From an uncultured Bacilli bacterium (lineage in GTDB: Bacteria > Bacillota_I > Bacilli_A > RF39 > UBA660): DNA of 48,813 nt. Each line of letters opens with the position of its first letter. Positions within the stretch are counted from its first letter, which is position 1. Below, one piece after another: positions 38,306 to 48,216 of the stretch. The position numbers were made by a program, and so were the translations under genes. The notes beneath the pieces were generated by a model that searched no databases, was not told the origin of the DNA, and worked only from the letters and a program-made list of their open reading frames with translations. Where the stretch lies: NCBI GenBank assembly GCA_947628905.1, contig CANRBQ010000004.1, positions 1 through 48,813 on the forward strand, written 5' to 3'.

Positions 38306-39739
38306 TTAATTATTCATAACTTCTTTTATTTTATTTTTAGCATTAATTATAGTTTCTTGATCTGGAATCATAACATAAGACTTAGCCCCTTTATATGAAT
38401 AAGTATACTGATATCCATCCGTTCCATCTAAACTATAACTATCAATATCCCAACTTTTATTATCTTTAATCTGTTTTTTAATAAAATCAGTTAAATTATC
38501 CATTTTCATATTAGTAACAAAAGAAGATTCCAAAGCTTTTAACAAACTATTATATTTAATAATAATTTTAGGACTTAAAGCTTTATTTATAAGAGCCTCT
38601 ATCATTCTTATTTGATTTTCTCCTCTAACTCTATCTCCTAAAGTAAAAGCTTTTCTTTCTCTTACAAATGAAAGAGCTTCTTCTCCATTTACATAATTAA
38701 GTCCTTTCTTATAACTATATCCATCTCTTGATACAAAATCATATTCTGAATAAACATTAACTCCATCTAAAGCATCAACTATTTTAGTCAAACTAGAAAA
38801 ATTAACTTTAACATAATAATTAATCTTAATATCAAGCAATTCTTCTAAAGTCTTAACACTAACATCTACTCCATAAATACCCGCATGTGTAAGCTTATCT
38901 TTTTCATTTATTCCCCCTAAAAGCACATAGTAATCTCTTGGAATAGAAATAATTTCTATTTTATTTTTCTTCGGATTAACTGATACAACCATATTAACAT
39001 CACTTCTAGAAACACTACTAACAGAACCATATGTATCTATCCCCGAAATATAAATATTAAAAGAATCTTTAGTTATATCAACTTCCTTTAAAACATCTTC
39101 TGTTTCTACATCTATTGCAAAATCATAAACAACCTGATAACTTTGAGCAAACTCTTCATTTTCTTCACTTAAAATTGCTAAAATTGATTCTTCAACTAAC
39201 ATTGAATCAACATTCCCCTTTATAAATTCATCTTTAAGTTTAGTTATATCATCATATGTTTTATAATCCATATTTAAATTTTTATCTATTTTATTCTTAG
39301 CTTTTTTAAGTCCTTCTGTTTTAAAATCTAAACTTCCTATAATAGTATTATCTAATTTATCTAACTCTTTAATATTTTTATTTTTTAAAACTATAACATT
39401 ATAATTCTCTGTTTTATAATTTACAAACCCCAATTTTTTTAAAAACCCTAAAGTATTAAGTTCATATACAATTCCCATTACTAAAATAACTATATAAACT
39501 AAAGAAAACATTGTCCCAAATATTCTTTTTTTAACTCCTTTTTTAGTTAAAGTCATAGTTACAAGTGTAATAGTTATTAAAACTAATAACACACATAATA
39601 CCAAATAATATTCTCCTGGTAAAACATCTATAAATTTAAACAATCCTAAAGTAATAATTGTAATAATAACCATTAAAATAGCCAAATACTTAAAAAAAGG
39701 TAATATCACTTTTTTATTTTTCGCTTCTTTTTTCTGCAT
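38306..39739 (-). CDS. LCP (LytR-CpsA-Psr) family protein, CpsA-like
   Basis: YISGIDT, SRSDVNM, SIPRDYY, DKLTHAG, FVRERKAF..GD..RG.NQ. Confidence 0.92.
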   Translation of the reverse strand: MQKKEAKNKKVILPFFKYLAILMVIITIITLGLFKFIDVLPGEYYLVLCVLLVLITITLVTMTLTKKGVKKRIFGTMFSLVYIVILVMGIVYELNTLGFLKKLGFVNYKTENYNVIVLKNKNIKELDKLDNTIIGSLDFKTEGLKKAKNKIDKNLNMDYKTYDDITKLKDEFIKGNVDSMLVEESILAILSEENEEFAQSYQVVYDFAIDVETEDVLKEVDITKDSFNIYISGIDTYGSVSSVSRSDVNMVVSVNPKKNKIEIISIPRDYYVLLGGINEKDKLTHAGIYGVDVSVKTLEELLDIKINYYVKVNFSSLTKIVDALDGVNVYSEYDFVSRDGYSYKKGLNYVNGEEALSFVRERKAFTLGDRVRGENQIRMIEALINKALSPKIIIKYNSLLKALESSFVTNMKMDNLTDFIKKQIKDNKSWDIDSYSLDGTDGYQYTYSYKGAKSYVMIPDQETIINAKNKIKEVMNN

Positions 39740-39776
39740 ATAATCACCTACTATAAATTAATTATAACATTTATTA

Positions 39777-40373
39777 TTAAAAACACCAATAATTAATAAG
39801 CAAGTAGACAACTAATAATACATAACTACTACCCAAAAAGAAACCCCCTATAACATCACTGAAATAGTGTACTCCCAAATATATCCTGCTATATCCTATA
39901 ATAAAAATTATTAAACAAATAATTGCACATAACCCAACTTTTAAAGGTATAGCAAGAGAACTTAGTATTATAAAAAAAGCTACTAAACCATAAAAAAATA
40001 TTGCACTAACAGAATGTCCTGATGGAAAACTATACCCTTTTTCACGAACTAATCTTTTAATATTTGGTCTTTCTCTTTTAAACAAATGTTTAAAAGTAAA
40101 AATTAATAAACTATCTATTATCATCAATAAACTTATTAAAATAGCTAAAGATTTATTTTTTAATACTATTAATAATAATACACATACTATTATAAAAAAG
40201 ATAGTACTAGCTAAATTAGTAAATATTTTTAAAAAAGTAATTCTTGGTTCTTTAATAACCATTTTACTATAAATATTATTATCTATCTTTATAAGTTTAT
40301 TATTCTTCATTAAAAAAGCCCAAATAATAAATAATATAAAAAATAACAAAATTAATCCTATCATAACCATCAC
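39777..40373 (-). CDS. PAP2-family phosphatase
   Basis: KHLFKRERP, SFPSGH, SRIYLGVHYFSDV. Confidence 0.92.
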   Translation of the reverse strand: MMVMIGLILLFFILFIIWAFLMKNNKLIKIDNNIYSKMVIKEPRITFLKIFTNLASTIFFIIVCVLLLIVLKNKSLAILISLLMIIDSLLIFTFKHLFKRERPNIKRLVREKGYSFPSGHSVSAIFFYGLVAFFIILSSLAIPLKVGLCAIICLIIFIIGYSRIYLGVHYFSDVIGGFFLGSSYVLLVVYLLINYWCF

Positions 40374-40437
40374 TACTAAACATTATACCTTAAATTAATA
40401 AATATTACTAATAAAATTATTATTTTTTACATAACTC

Positions 40438-41148
40438 TTACTTACAATAATTAATTAAATAATCATTACTTACTTTAGTATTTTTATCTATAACCCAATA
40501 TTCACTATCTTTATCAAAATTACATCTATATACATCATAAAACAATGTATCATAATATATAACATTACCAGTAGTTATAGAAACAATTCTAAACATTGGA
40601 GCTTCTTTATTAAGTTTTACATTTATGTAATCAGTAAATAATAATATTCCCATTGATATAATAAAAATAAGCACTATAATTAATAATCGTTTATACCATT
40701 TAATTATTTTTAACAATCTTGAAATACCAACCATAAAAATAATTATTCCCAAAACTGAATAAATAGAGCCCCAACTACTTTCACTTGGAAAAATCATAAT
40801 TGCAGATATAGAAATAAATAACCCAAAAATAACAAGAATTAAAGATATAAATTGACTATATTTATTTATCTTTTTTGTAGAATAAACAATCGTATTAACC
40901 ATATTTTCTTCAAACTTATTTTGATATTCATCTTCTCTTAATTTTTTTCCACTTAATAATTCATTTATTGTAATTCCAAGTATTTCGCATAAAGGTTTAA
41001 ATAATGATAAATCTGGCATATTCTTACCATTTTCCCAATTACTAACAGAACGATCTGTAACCCCTAATTGTTCTGCTAACTCCGATTGTGTTATCTTTTT
41101 TTCCTTTCTACATTTTGCAATAAATTTTCCAATATTTAATTGATCCAT
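40438..41148 (-). CDS. XRE-family regulator with TM helices
   Basis: TQSELAEQLGVTDRSVSNWENGKNMPD followed by three TM segments; likely start 41148. Confidence 0.85.
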   Translation of the reverse strand: MDQLNIGKFIAKCRKEKKITQSELAEQLGVTDRSVSNWENGKNMPDLSLFKPLCEILGITINELLSGKKLREDEYQNKFEENMVNTIVYSTKKINKYSQFISLILVIFGLFISISAIMIFPSESSWGSIYSVLGIIIFMVGISRLLKIIKWYKRLLIIVLIFIISMGILLFTDYINVKLNKEAPMFRIVSITTGNVIYYDTLFYDVYRCNFDKDSEYWVIDKNTKVSNDYLINYCK

Positions 41149-41355
41149 ATTTCCTCCTTTCATTTACAATTTTATAATATTTAACTATTTTTGAACATGA
41201 AATAAAACTTGAGTCTAATTATTTAACAAAAAATATATTAAAACTCCCAATATGCAATCTTGAATGTTCCTTTTTATGTTATACAAATTCTCTATATTAA
41301 ATATATTGCATTAAAAACAAGCTCTAAAGGAAGAAGTACGACAACCTTTATTTTA

Positions 41356-41697
41356 TTAATTTTTTATGACATCTGTATGAACTAAATAATTTGTTTTAGC
41401 TAAAACTCTATTAGCATACCATTCAATTTTCTCTTGATATGCTTCATTCTTTTTTAATCTTTCAAATTCTTTAATCAAATATAATTTAAAAGTAAGACTT
41501 AACCAACTTGCAAATTCAAATGTTATATCAGGATGAGCAAATGTTCCTTTATTACTCATCCAACATATTAGTACATTTGCAGGATTTTCAAGACTAGAAT
41601 ATTTTGCTAAATCAGTCAATAATATATATCATCAATTCTTAGAATGCCTATTTTATTGTTATTAACATTTATTTCTGTTTTAATTAACTTTTTTTAT
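41356..41697 (-). pseudogene. KilA-N domain protein pseudogene
   Basis: TDLAKY..NP...WM fused directly to GTFAHPDITFEFASWLS (internal deletion); RBS followed by ATA instead of ATG; frameshifted N-terminus; truncated C-terminus. Confidence 0.7.
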
Positions 41698-41748
41698 ATT
41701 TACCCCCCTTAATTACTAAAATCATTTTATCATAAATTATTAAATATA

Positions 41749-41780
41749 AAAACTCGAACTTATTAAAAAGTCCGAGTTTC
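41749..41780 (-). terminator. terminator downstream of tRNA-Leu
   Basis: Minus strand aaactcggac-tttttaataa-gttcgagttt followed by U residues. Confidence 0.65.
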
Positions 41781-41789
41781 CTATCTATT

Positions 41790-41875
41790 TGGTGCTTGTG
41801 GTGGGACTTGAACCCACACAAAGTTGCCTTCGCCAGATTTTGAGTCTGGTGCGTCTACCATTCCGCCACACAAGC
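41790..41875 (-). tRNA. tRNA-Leu(CAA)
   Basis: Acceptor GCTTGTG/CACAAGC, encoded CCA, anticodon arm CCAGA-CTCAAAA-TCTGG, long variable arm, GGTTCAAGTCC T-loop. Confidence 0.97.
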
Positions 41876-41946
41876 AACTAGCCATATTATAACATAAATA
41901 AATTAAAAAATCACAATTTTTTAATAAAATTGTGACATAAAATAGA

Positions 41947-43410
41947 TTATTGCTTTTTTGTTATATATTTTTGATTACTTGCATTAATATGGTCCTTATT
42001 TGTATAACTTAAAAGGCCTCTTTCTATTAAGGGTTTAATAATTTTTTCTCTAACATAACTTCTAGAATTAATATTAAGGTAACTCTTTATTTCAACTGTT
42101 GATTTAGGCAATGTACAATATTCTAATACTAATTTTTGATATTCTAACACTTGACCACTGACTTGACCACTAACTTGACCATTGACTACACTTGTATTTC
42201 TAAATATTACTTTAAAACTATCTCTTTCTTCATAAAATTCAGGCTCCGGTAAACCATAATTTTTCATTTCACGTCTCATAGTAGGAATACCTGAATGTCT
42301 ATTTTCAATAACTGATCCTTTTTCTTCAAGTATTCTAACTATAGTTGTATTTCTTGATTCCATAGTAGTTGCTGTGCCTAATTTTTCTATTTTATTTGTT
42401 CCATATAAAGCACCAGGATTTATTATTTCAATTCTATCATTATACATATATACAGAAATATAAGCATTTTCAGTTTGAGCACTATAATCCCTATGGATTA
42501 ACGCATTAGCTATCGCTTCTCTTAATGCTTCTAACGGATATTCAGTGCGATCTGTTCTTTTGCCATCAGAGTTAATTATGACACTTGTTTTCATATTTCT
42601 TTGTAAGAAATTCATAGTGCCTTCTAGCATTTCTTCAATAGTTCCTTCAATTCTTTTGTTATCTAAAAATCTTTCACCTAAAAGACCTACTTCTCCCAAT
42701 TCTTTTCCAGGAATAACAGTACAAGCAACAAATAATTGAGGATAAAAACTTTGAGGATATTCACCAAAAATAAGGGTACCAGCTAAAGTTGGATAAATAT
42801 TCTCTTCACTTAAATCAATTATTCCACTTAATTTTAAGCATTTATTATAATTATTTTTTGCAAAATTTGGTTTCTCTCTTTTTATTTTATCAATATATTC
42901 TTTTAATGCTTCATTATTTAAATCATTTAAACTAGCTCTTTTATTAGGTCTAATATCTTCAAAAATATGATCTTTATAACTTTGTAAAGCATATATCTCA
43001 TAATCCGTCATAAGCAAATCACTATCACCAATCCGTGTATAAGATCCACCTTTTAATCCCTTTGGCTTATAATAGCATGGCTTTTTATTTTGAGATATTT
43101 CATCAACTTTTACTGCTAATAATTGTTTTCCCTCATATTCAAAAGGTAGTATATCAGGTCTAATTATAGGTTCCATTGAATCGTTGCATAAAGAAGATAT
43201 TTTCTTTTGCAAATCATTTATATCATATACACCAGTTATTTCAAAATTTCTATTTTCATCAATTCCAAATATTATTATACCTCCGTATTTGTTTGAAAAA
43301 CTAGAAAGAGTATCATAACAAGTTGGAAAGCCACCCAAAGCTTTCTTAACTTCAATTCTATTATTTTCGGTTTGATATTTTTTCACATACTCTATGGCTT
43401 CTATAATCAT
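41947..43410 (-). CDS. AlbA_2 (Schlafen-like) plus HATPase-like domain protein (often annotated RecG-like/putative regulator)
   Basis: ENNRIEVK, SFSNKYGGIIIFGI, REAIANALIHRDY, IEIINPG, RN..IVRIL, SGIPTM. Confidence 0.85.
   Translation of the reverse strand: MIIEAIEYVKKYQTENNRIEVKKALGGFPTCYDTLSSFSNKYGGIIIFGIDENRNFEITGVYDINDLQKKISSLCNDSMEPIIRPDILPFEYEGKQLLAVKVDEISQNKKPCYYKPKGLKGGSYTRIGDSDLLMTDYEIYALQSYKDHIFEDIRPNKRASLNDLNNEALKEYIDKIKREKPNFAKNNYNKCLKLSGIIDLSEENIYPTLAGTLIFGEYPQSFYPQLFVACTVIPGKELGEVGLLGERFLDNKRIEGTIEEMLEGTMNFLQRNMKTSVIINSDGKRTDRTEYPLEALREAIANALIHRDYSAQTENAYISVYMYNDRIEIINPGALYGTNKIEKLGTATTMESRNTTIVRILEEKGSVIENRHSGIPTMRREMKNYGLPEPEFYEERDSFKVIFRNTSVVNGQVSGQVSGQVLEYQKLVLEYCTLPKSTVEIKSYLNINSRSYVREKIIKPLIERGLLSYTNKDHINASNQKYITKKQ
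42149..42184. repeat. 12-bp in-frame tandem repeat x3 (encodes GQVS-type linker)
   Basis: acttgaccactg acttgaccacta acttgaccattg. Confidence 0.85.
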
Positions 43411-43454
43411 CTCCTCTTAAAATAATTATACACTTTATTTAATACCTATCAAAT

Positions 43455-44072
43455 TTAATCTTCTAAAATAATCCCCTTATCTCCTACAATTTCTATCATA
43501 TTTAACACTGATAACTTAGATCCAATAAATTCATCTATATTAATATTAACTCCTTTAAAATGACTAGTTTTTAAATCACAATTTCTAAAATCAGTATCAA
43601 TAAAATTATCTAAATTAAAATCACACTTAAAAAACTCTGTATCTATAAATTTATTATGTCTAAAAATATTCTCTTTTAAATTAATTCCATCCCATTTACT
43701 ATTATTTATTTCTATATTTTCCCATTTAGAATATTGTAAAATACTTTCTTTAATTTCTAAATCAACAAGTTTACATTCAAAAAAACTAACATTAGTAAAC
43801 TTACAATTAACAAAACTAACTTTATTAAAATTAGATTCTATTACACTAACATTTAAAAATTCACAATTAATAAATTTAACTTTTGCTAAAAAAACATTAT
43901 TTAAAGTACAACTAATAAATTTAACATTTTGAAATTCAACTTCTCTCAAAGTTTGAAACTTCAACTCTTCTCCTGTAAGTATTTCTTCTTTAAAATGAAT
44001 ACCCGTAATATTCATTTCTAAATAGTCTTTATACTTTCCTTCTTCTAAACTATAATTAAACTCCCATTTCAT
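43455..44072 (-). CDS. pentapeptide repeat protein
   Basis: Repeating F.NC.F.NVSF pattern; real start likely ATG 44072 overlapping the scpB stop. Confidence 0.82.
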   Translation of the reverse strand: MKWEFNYSLEEGKYKDYLEMNITGIHFKEEILTGEELKFQTLREVEFQNVKFISCTLNNVFLAKVKFINCEFLNVSVIESNFNKVSFVNCKFTNVSFFECKLVDLEIKESILQYSKWENIEINNSKWDGINLKENIFRHNKFIDTEFFKCDFNLDNFIDTDFRNCDLKTSHFKGVNINIDEFIGSKLSVLNMIEIVGDKGIILED

Positions 44073-44634
44073 TCTCTTCCTCTTTATAAATAGATGTAAA
44101 CAATTCTGTTTCTTCTTCCGTTTCTTCTTTATCAGGTGTAAACTCTGGCAATTCATTTAAACTTGCAAGTCCAAAAGAATCCAAAAATTCTCTTGTTGTT
44201 CTATACATATTAGGCCTTCCAGGTAACTTTGATTTCCCAGCCTCTTTTATTAACCCTTTAGCAACTAATCTTCTTACAATATAAGCACTTTGAACTCCCC
44301 TTATCTCATCTATTTCAACCCTTGTAATAGGTTGATTATAAGCAATTATAGCTAATACTTCTAAAGTTGAAGGACTAAGAGTATTAGCATCCGGATTATC
44401 TACTAATTTCTGATAATATTCTTTATGTTCTTCTTTAGTTGTTAACTTAAAAGCATCACCCAAATAACTTATTCTTATTCCCCTATCTTTTGCTTCATAA
44501 CTATTCTTAAGTTTAAGCAATAATTCTTTTGCTTCATCTATATTAATTGCCATAATATCACATAAATTATTTAAAGTAATCCCTTCATCTCCTACGACAA
44601 AAAGTATCCCTTCTAAAATACCTAATTTATCCAT
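44056..44634 (-). CDS. scpB: SMC-Scp complex subunit ScpB
   Basis: LEGILFVVG, LEVLAIIAYNQPITRVEIDEIRGV, GRPNMYRTT.EFL. Confidence 0.97.
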   Translation of the reverse strand: MDKLGILEGILFVVGDEGITLNNLCDIMAINIDEAKELLLKLKNSYEAKDRGIRISYLGDAFKLTTKEEHKEYYQKLVDNPDANTLSPSTLEVLAIIAYNQPITRVEIDEIRGVQSAYIVRRLVAKGLIKEAGKSKLPGRPNMYRTTREFLDSFGLASLNELPEFTPDKEETEEETELFTSIYKEEENEMGV

Positions 44635-45364
44635 TTAAAACCCTCCTTTCCACTATAATTGGTTTAAAATTATCTTCTTGAGTAAGCATAATTTCTTCAT
44701 TCTTACTCATCGTTAAAACCGACAAAAACGTAACTATCAAAAAATCTCTATCATGTTCAGGAAACAATTCTCCAAATTCTACTTTATCTCTAACAGTTAA
44801 TATTTTTCTTATATCATCTATTCTTTTTTCTACGCTATATTCTCTTTTAGTTATTTTAGTATTAAGTGGTTTTTGATATTTTTCTCTTTCTACAATATTT
44901 TTTAAAGCCTTAAGTAAATCTTCTACATCTACATTACCTAAATTTATTTTACTATTATCAACTACATTATCTAACTTTGAAGGACTTTTTGTATAAAAAT
45001 TATTTCTTTTATTCATTTGCTCTACTAATGTTTCAGAAATCTTTTTATATTTTTCATATTCCATAATTTTTCTTCTTAAATCTTCTTCACTTTCAATATG
45101 AAATTCATCATTATCTAAAGAATTATCTACACTATCATCATTAACTAACATTTTACTTTTTAAATGAATTAATTCTGCTGCCATTACTAAATAAGAACTA
45201 GCTATATCAATATTTCTATTTTTCTCTTGTTCAATAAAAGTTAAATATTCTTCTATAATTATTTTAATATCAATTTCATATATATCCATCTTAGATGTTT
45301 TAACTAGATGTAAAAGAAGGTCTAAAGGACCCTCAAAATCATTTATACAAAACTTATATTCCAT
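44627..45364 (-). CDS. scpA: segregation and condensation protein ScpA
   Basis: FEGPLDLLLHL, SSYLVMAAELIHLKSKML, IVTFLSVL. Confidence 0.97.
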   Translation of the reverse strand: MEYKFCINDFEGPLDLLLHLVKTSKMDIYEIDIKIIIEEYLTFIEQEKNRNIDIASSYLVMAAELIHLKSKMLVNDDSVDNSLDNDEFHIESEEDLRRKIMEYEKYKKISETLVEQMNKRNNFYTKSPSKLDNVVDNSKINLGNVDVEDLLKALKNIVEREKYQKPLNTKITKREYSVEKRIDDIRKILTVRDKVEFGELFPEHDRDFLIVTFLSVLTMSKNEEIMLTQEDNFKPIIVERRVLNG

Positions 45365-45391
45365 TAAAACCACTTCCTTTACTCCCAGTTG

Positions 45392-46342
45392 TTAATCACA
45401 ATCAAACCCTTGAGCCTCCATCTCAAAATTAACTACCTTAGCTTCTGTATCTAAGGAAAAAGAATCTGCATTATATATTGTTGTTCTATTTGCTTCACTT
45501 AAATCAACAGTTGTTGAAACACTAAAAGTATCATTATATTGTAAAAATGTTGAAGCAATTCCCGGTCTACCATTATATATTGTTGATTGATTACTATATC
45601 TTTGATATACTTCTGCATAATCTACATCTGCCTGTGTATATGAAATTTCACTTGTTATATCTTTTAATTTATTATTTACAAAATTATAAGTAACTTTCTC
45701 ATGAGGCCTACTACAAACTAAAGAACCTTTTCCATCAGCATCATTATTAATATTTATCGGTGTATAATCTTTAGCTTCTAATTTAGCAAACACCACGGCA
45801 GCTATCTGTGAAGTATCACTAAAATTTAACTCTCTATCATAATCTCTACTACTATTTACATCAATAGTTCCCCCAACTAATTTAATTCTCTCTAATAAAG
45901 TATGATCTTCATTATATAGTTCTAAATAATAATTTAAATTAGTTAAAGTAATATCACTATCAGCATTATTTATAATATTAAAACTTAAAATATTTTCATT
46001 ACTTATTTCAAAACTACCAATAGAAATATCATCTCTATCAATTTTTAAATCTGTTCCAAAATCATAAAAAGTACTATAAAAATCATCTTCGTCATCACTA
46101 TCAGGATCTGGAGGAACAATCGGATCTACCGCCCCTCCAGGATTAGGCAAATCTGGTTCCTTACCAAAATATTTATTAAACTGTGTAGATAACTGAGGTA
46201 AAAACAAAACTAATAAAATAAAAATTGATAGTATAATAAATATTCCCACTGAACTTTTTTTTCTACTTTCAAATACTCCAATAGTCATAGGTTTTAATTC
46301 TTCTTGTTCTAATTTAAAATTCTTAATATTTTGTTTAGCCAT
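45392..46342 (-). CDS. hypothetical single-pass membrane protein with Pro/Asp-rich linker
   Basis: TM helix then PDLPNPGGAVDPIVPPDPDSDDEDD. Confidence 0.7.
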   Translation of the reverse strand: MAKQNIKNFKLEQEELKPMTIGVFESRKKSSVGIFIILSIFILLVLFLPQLSTQFNKYFGKEPDLPNPGGAVDPIVPPDPDSDDEDDFYSTFYDFGTDLKIDRDDISIGSFEISNENILSFNIINNADSDITLTNLNYYLELYNEDHTLLERIKLVGGTIDVNSSRDYDRELNFSDTSQIAAVVFAKLEAKDYTPININNDADGKGSLVCSRPHEKVTYNFVNNKLKDITSEISYTQADVDYAEVYQRYSNQSTIYNGRPGIASTFLQYNDTFSVSTTVDLSEANRTTIYNADSFSLDTEAKVVNFEMEAQGFDCD

Positions 46343-46401
46343 AAATATCCCTTCTTATTAAGAATATTATAACAGAAAATTGTCCAAATAAAAAGAACTA
46401 A

Positions 46402-46752
46402 TTAGTCCTTTGGTTTAAAAATTAAAGCCATTATCGTTGCAAAAACAACCGAACCCACTATTGCTAAACCCCCTTTAGTTAAAAGTCCTGAAAAAATACC
46501 AAGTATTCCAAACTCTCGATAACCTTCTAAAGCTCCTGTATAAAGAAGATAACCAAAATTAGATATTATCGTGGTAGCTCCCCCACCAGCAATATCTATT
46601 AATTTATCATATATTCCAAAGAAAGCTAATATTGCCCCCAAAACTGTAAATAAAGTTGTAACATGTCCTGGAGTTAATTTAGTATTATCTAAAATTATTT
46701 GTGCTATCATACACATTAATCCCGCTACAATAAAAGCCCAAATAAAAATCAT
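46402..46752 (-). CDS. spoVAE: stage V sporulation protein AE (SpoVAEb-like)
   Basis: AFIVAGLMC.IAQ, LTPGHV, AGGGAT..ISNFG. Confidence 0.88.
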   Translation of the reverse strand: MIFIWAFIVAGLMCMIAQIILDNTKLTPGHVTTLFTVLGAILAFFGIYDKLIDIAGGGATTIISNFGYLLYTGALEGYREFGILGIFSGLLTKGGLAIVGSVVFATIMALIFKPKD

Positions 46753-47726
46753 TATAAAACCTCCAAACTAATCGCATGTGCAATACCAGGTATTCCTAAT
46801 TTTTGATTTGCAAGTTGAACAGATTGCAAAGAACCTGTAGCAATAAATAATATTTTTTTATATTTTTTACAATTTAATACTTTATCAAACATTACTAAAG
46901 GTAAAGCCACTGGTCCACTTGCTCCAGCATATGTTTCTTGAGAATTAGTATATATTTCTGAACCTGCATCCATATATTTTTTAATTCTTATATCATAAAC
47001 TTTATCAAGCATTTCTGTAAAAATTTCTTTACCAACTAAACCTAAATCACCAGTAACAATTAAATCATAATAATTAACATTTCTTTTCATTTCTAATAAA
47101 TGAGTATTTAAAACATCAGCCGCTGCTGGAGCCATTACTGCTCCCATATTATTAGTATCTTTAACTCCCATATCTATAGCTTTTCCAATTGTTGCACTTT
47201 CAATTTTTATTCCCGTAACTTCATTTGTTAATAAAGTTGCAACAGCCCCCGTAGTAGTAAAAGTACTTGTATGTTTTTTAATTGCTCCATATTCTACTGG
47301 ATATCTAAATTGTCTTTCTGAATTTAAATTATGACTACTTGTAATAGCAACAACTTTTTTAGCTAATTTACCACTTATAAATGTAGATCCAATAATTAAT
47401 TCTTCAACATACGAAGCACAAGCACTATAAACACCTAAAAAAGGAATTCTATATTTAGAAGCATTATACCCAGATATACTAATTTGATTTACTAAATCTC
47501 CCCCTATTAATAAATCAATTTTACTTTCACTTAATTTATTATAATTAAGTAAATTATCTAATACTACATTTTGCATCTTAATTTCCGCTTGTTCAAAAGT
47601 TCTCTCACCATAATAATAATCATCAATTGCTAAATCATAATTTTTAAGTAATCCCTCTTTTTCTAAAGGTCCAACTATTGAAACATTATCTTTAATATAT
47701 ACATTATTAAATTTTTTACTAGCCAC
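46752..47726 (-). CDS. spoVAD: stage V sporulation protein AD
   Basis: VGPLEKEG, GGDL.NQ, IPFLGVYSAC, ERQFRYPVEYG, NMGAVMAPAA, TGDLG, IPGIAHA. Confidence 0.95.
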   Translation of the reverse strand: MASKKFNNVYIKDNVSIVGPLEKEGLLKNYDLAIDDYYYGERTFEQAEIKMQNVVLDNLLNYNKLSESKIDLLIGGDLVNQISISGYNASKYRIPFLGVYSACASYVEELIIGSTFISGKLAKKVVAITSSHNLNSERQFRYPVEYGAIKKHTSTFTTTGAVATLLTNEVTGIKIESATIGKAIDMGVKDTNNMGAVMAPAAADVLNTHLLEMKRNVNYYDLIVTGDLGLVGKEIFTEMLDKVYDIRIKKYMDAGSEIYTNSQETYAGASGPVALPLVMFDKVLNCKKYKKILFIATGSLQSVQLANQKLGIPGIAHAISLEVL

Positions 47727-48156
47727 CTATAATCACCTTCACTATAACTAATATAAAAGCACTTAATATTCCATAAAGAATAACACTACCCGCAAGTTTA
47801 AAAAAATTAGAACCCAAACCTGTAATTAAACCTTCTCTTTTATAATCTAAAGCACTACTTGATACTGAATGCGCAAATCCTGTTGTAGGAAGTAATAACC
47901 CAGCTTTAGCTTTACTCATCCAATCATCAAAAAATCCCAAAGCAGTAAACAAAGACGCAATAAAAATAACTATTAAACATGTCCAACTGCTAGCCTCTAT
48001 TCTTCCAATTTCAAAAATATTCATTAATACTTGAATAACCCCCTCAACTAAAAAGCCAATTGTACCTCCAACTAAAAAAGCAAAAATAGTATTCTCTAAT
48101 TTATTTTCTTTTGGTTCATGCTTCTTAACTAATTTTTGATATTCTTCTTTATTCAT
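47719..48156 (-). CDS. spoVAC: stage V sporulation protein AC
   Basis: AFLVGG.I, AKAG...PTTGFAHSV.S.A..YKREG, FKLAGSVI; likely start 48156. Confidence 0.93.
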   Translation of the reverse strand: MNKEEYQKLVKKHEPKENKLENTIFAFLVGGTIGFLVEGVIQVLMNIFEIGRIEASSWTCLIVIFIASLFTALGFFDDWMSKAKAGLLLPTTGFAHSVSSSALDYKREGLITGLGSNFFKLAGSVILYGILSAFILVIVKVIIGG

Positions 48157-48171
48157 ACTAACCTCCATTCT

Positions 48172-48200
48172 TATTATGAATAAATAAAAAAAAGTTATAC
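48172..48200 (-). promoter_or_regulatory. putative sigma-G-type promoter of spoVA
   Basis: GTATA, 17 nt, CATAATA upstream of the GGAGG RBS. Confidence 0.55.
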
Positions 48201-48216
48201 TTTATTTTGTATAACC

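Noticed and set aside
41790-41875. Intact prophage/ICE at tRNA-Leu
   Set aside because: No integrase and no duplicated tRNA 3' end (att) found.
42149-42184. 12-bp tandem repeat as a phase-variation switch
   Set aside because: The unit is a multiple of 3, and such linker repeats are common in this protein family.
44073-44156. Extended N-terminus of the pentapeptide-repeat ORF
   Set aside because: Overlaps scpB in another frame; a better RBS and ATG exist at 44072.
42545-46771. ORFs 42545..42739 and 46571..46771
   Set aside because: Antisense shadows of the AlbA_2 gene and spoVAE.
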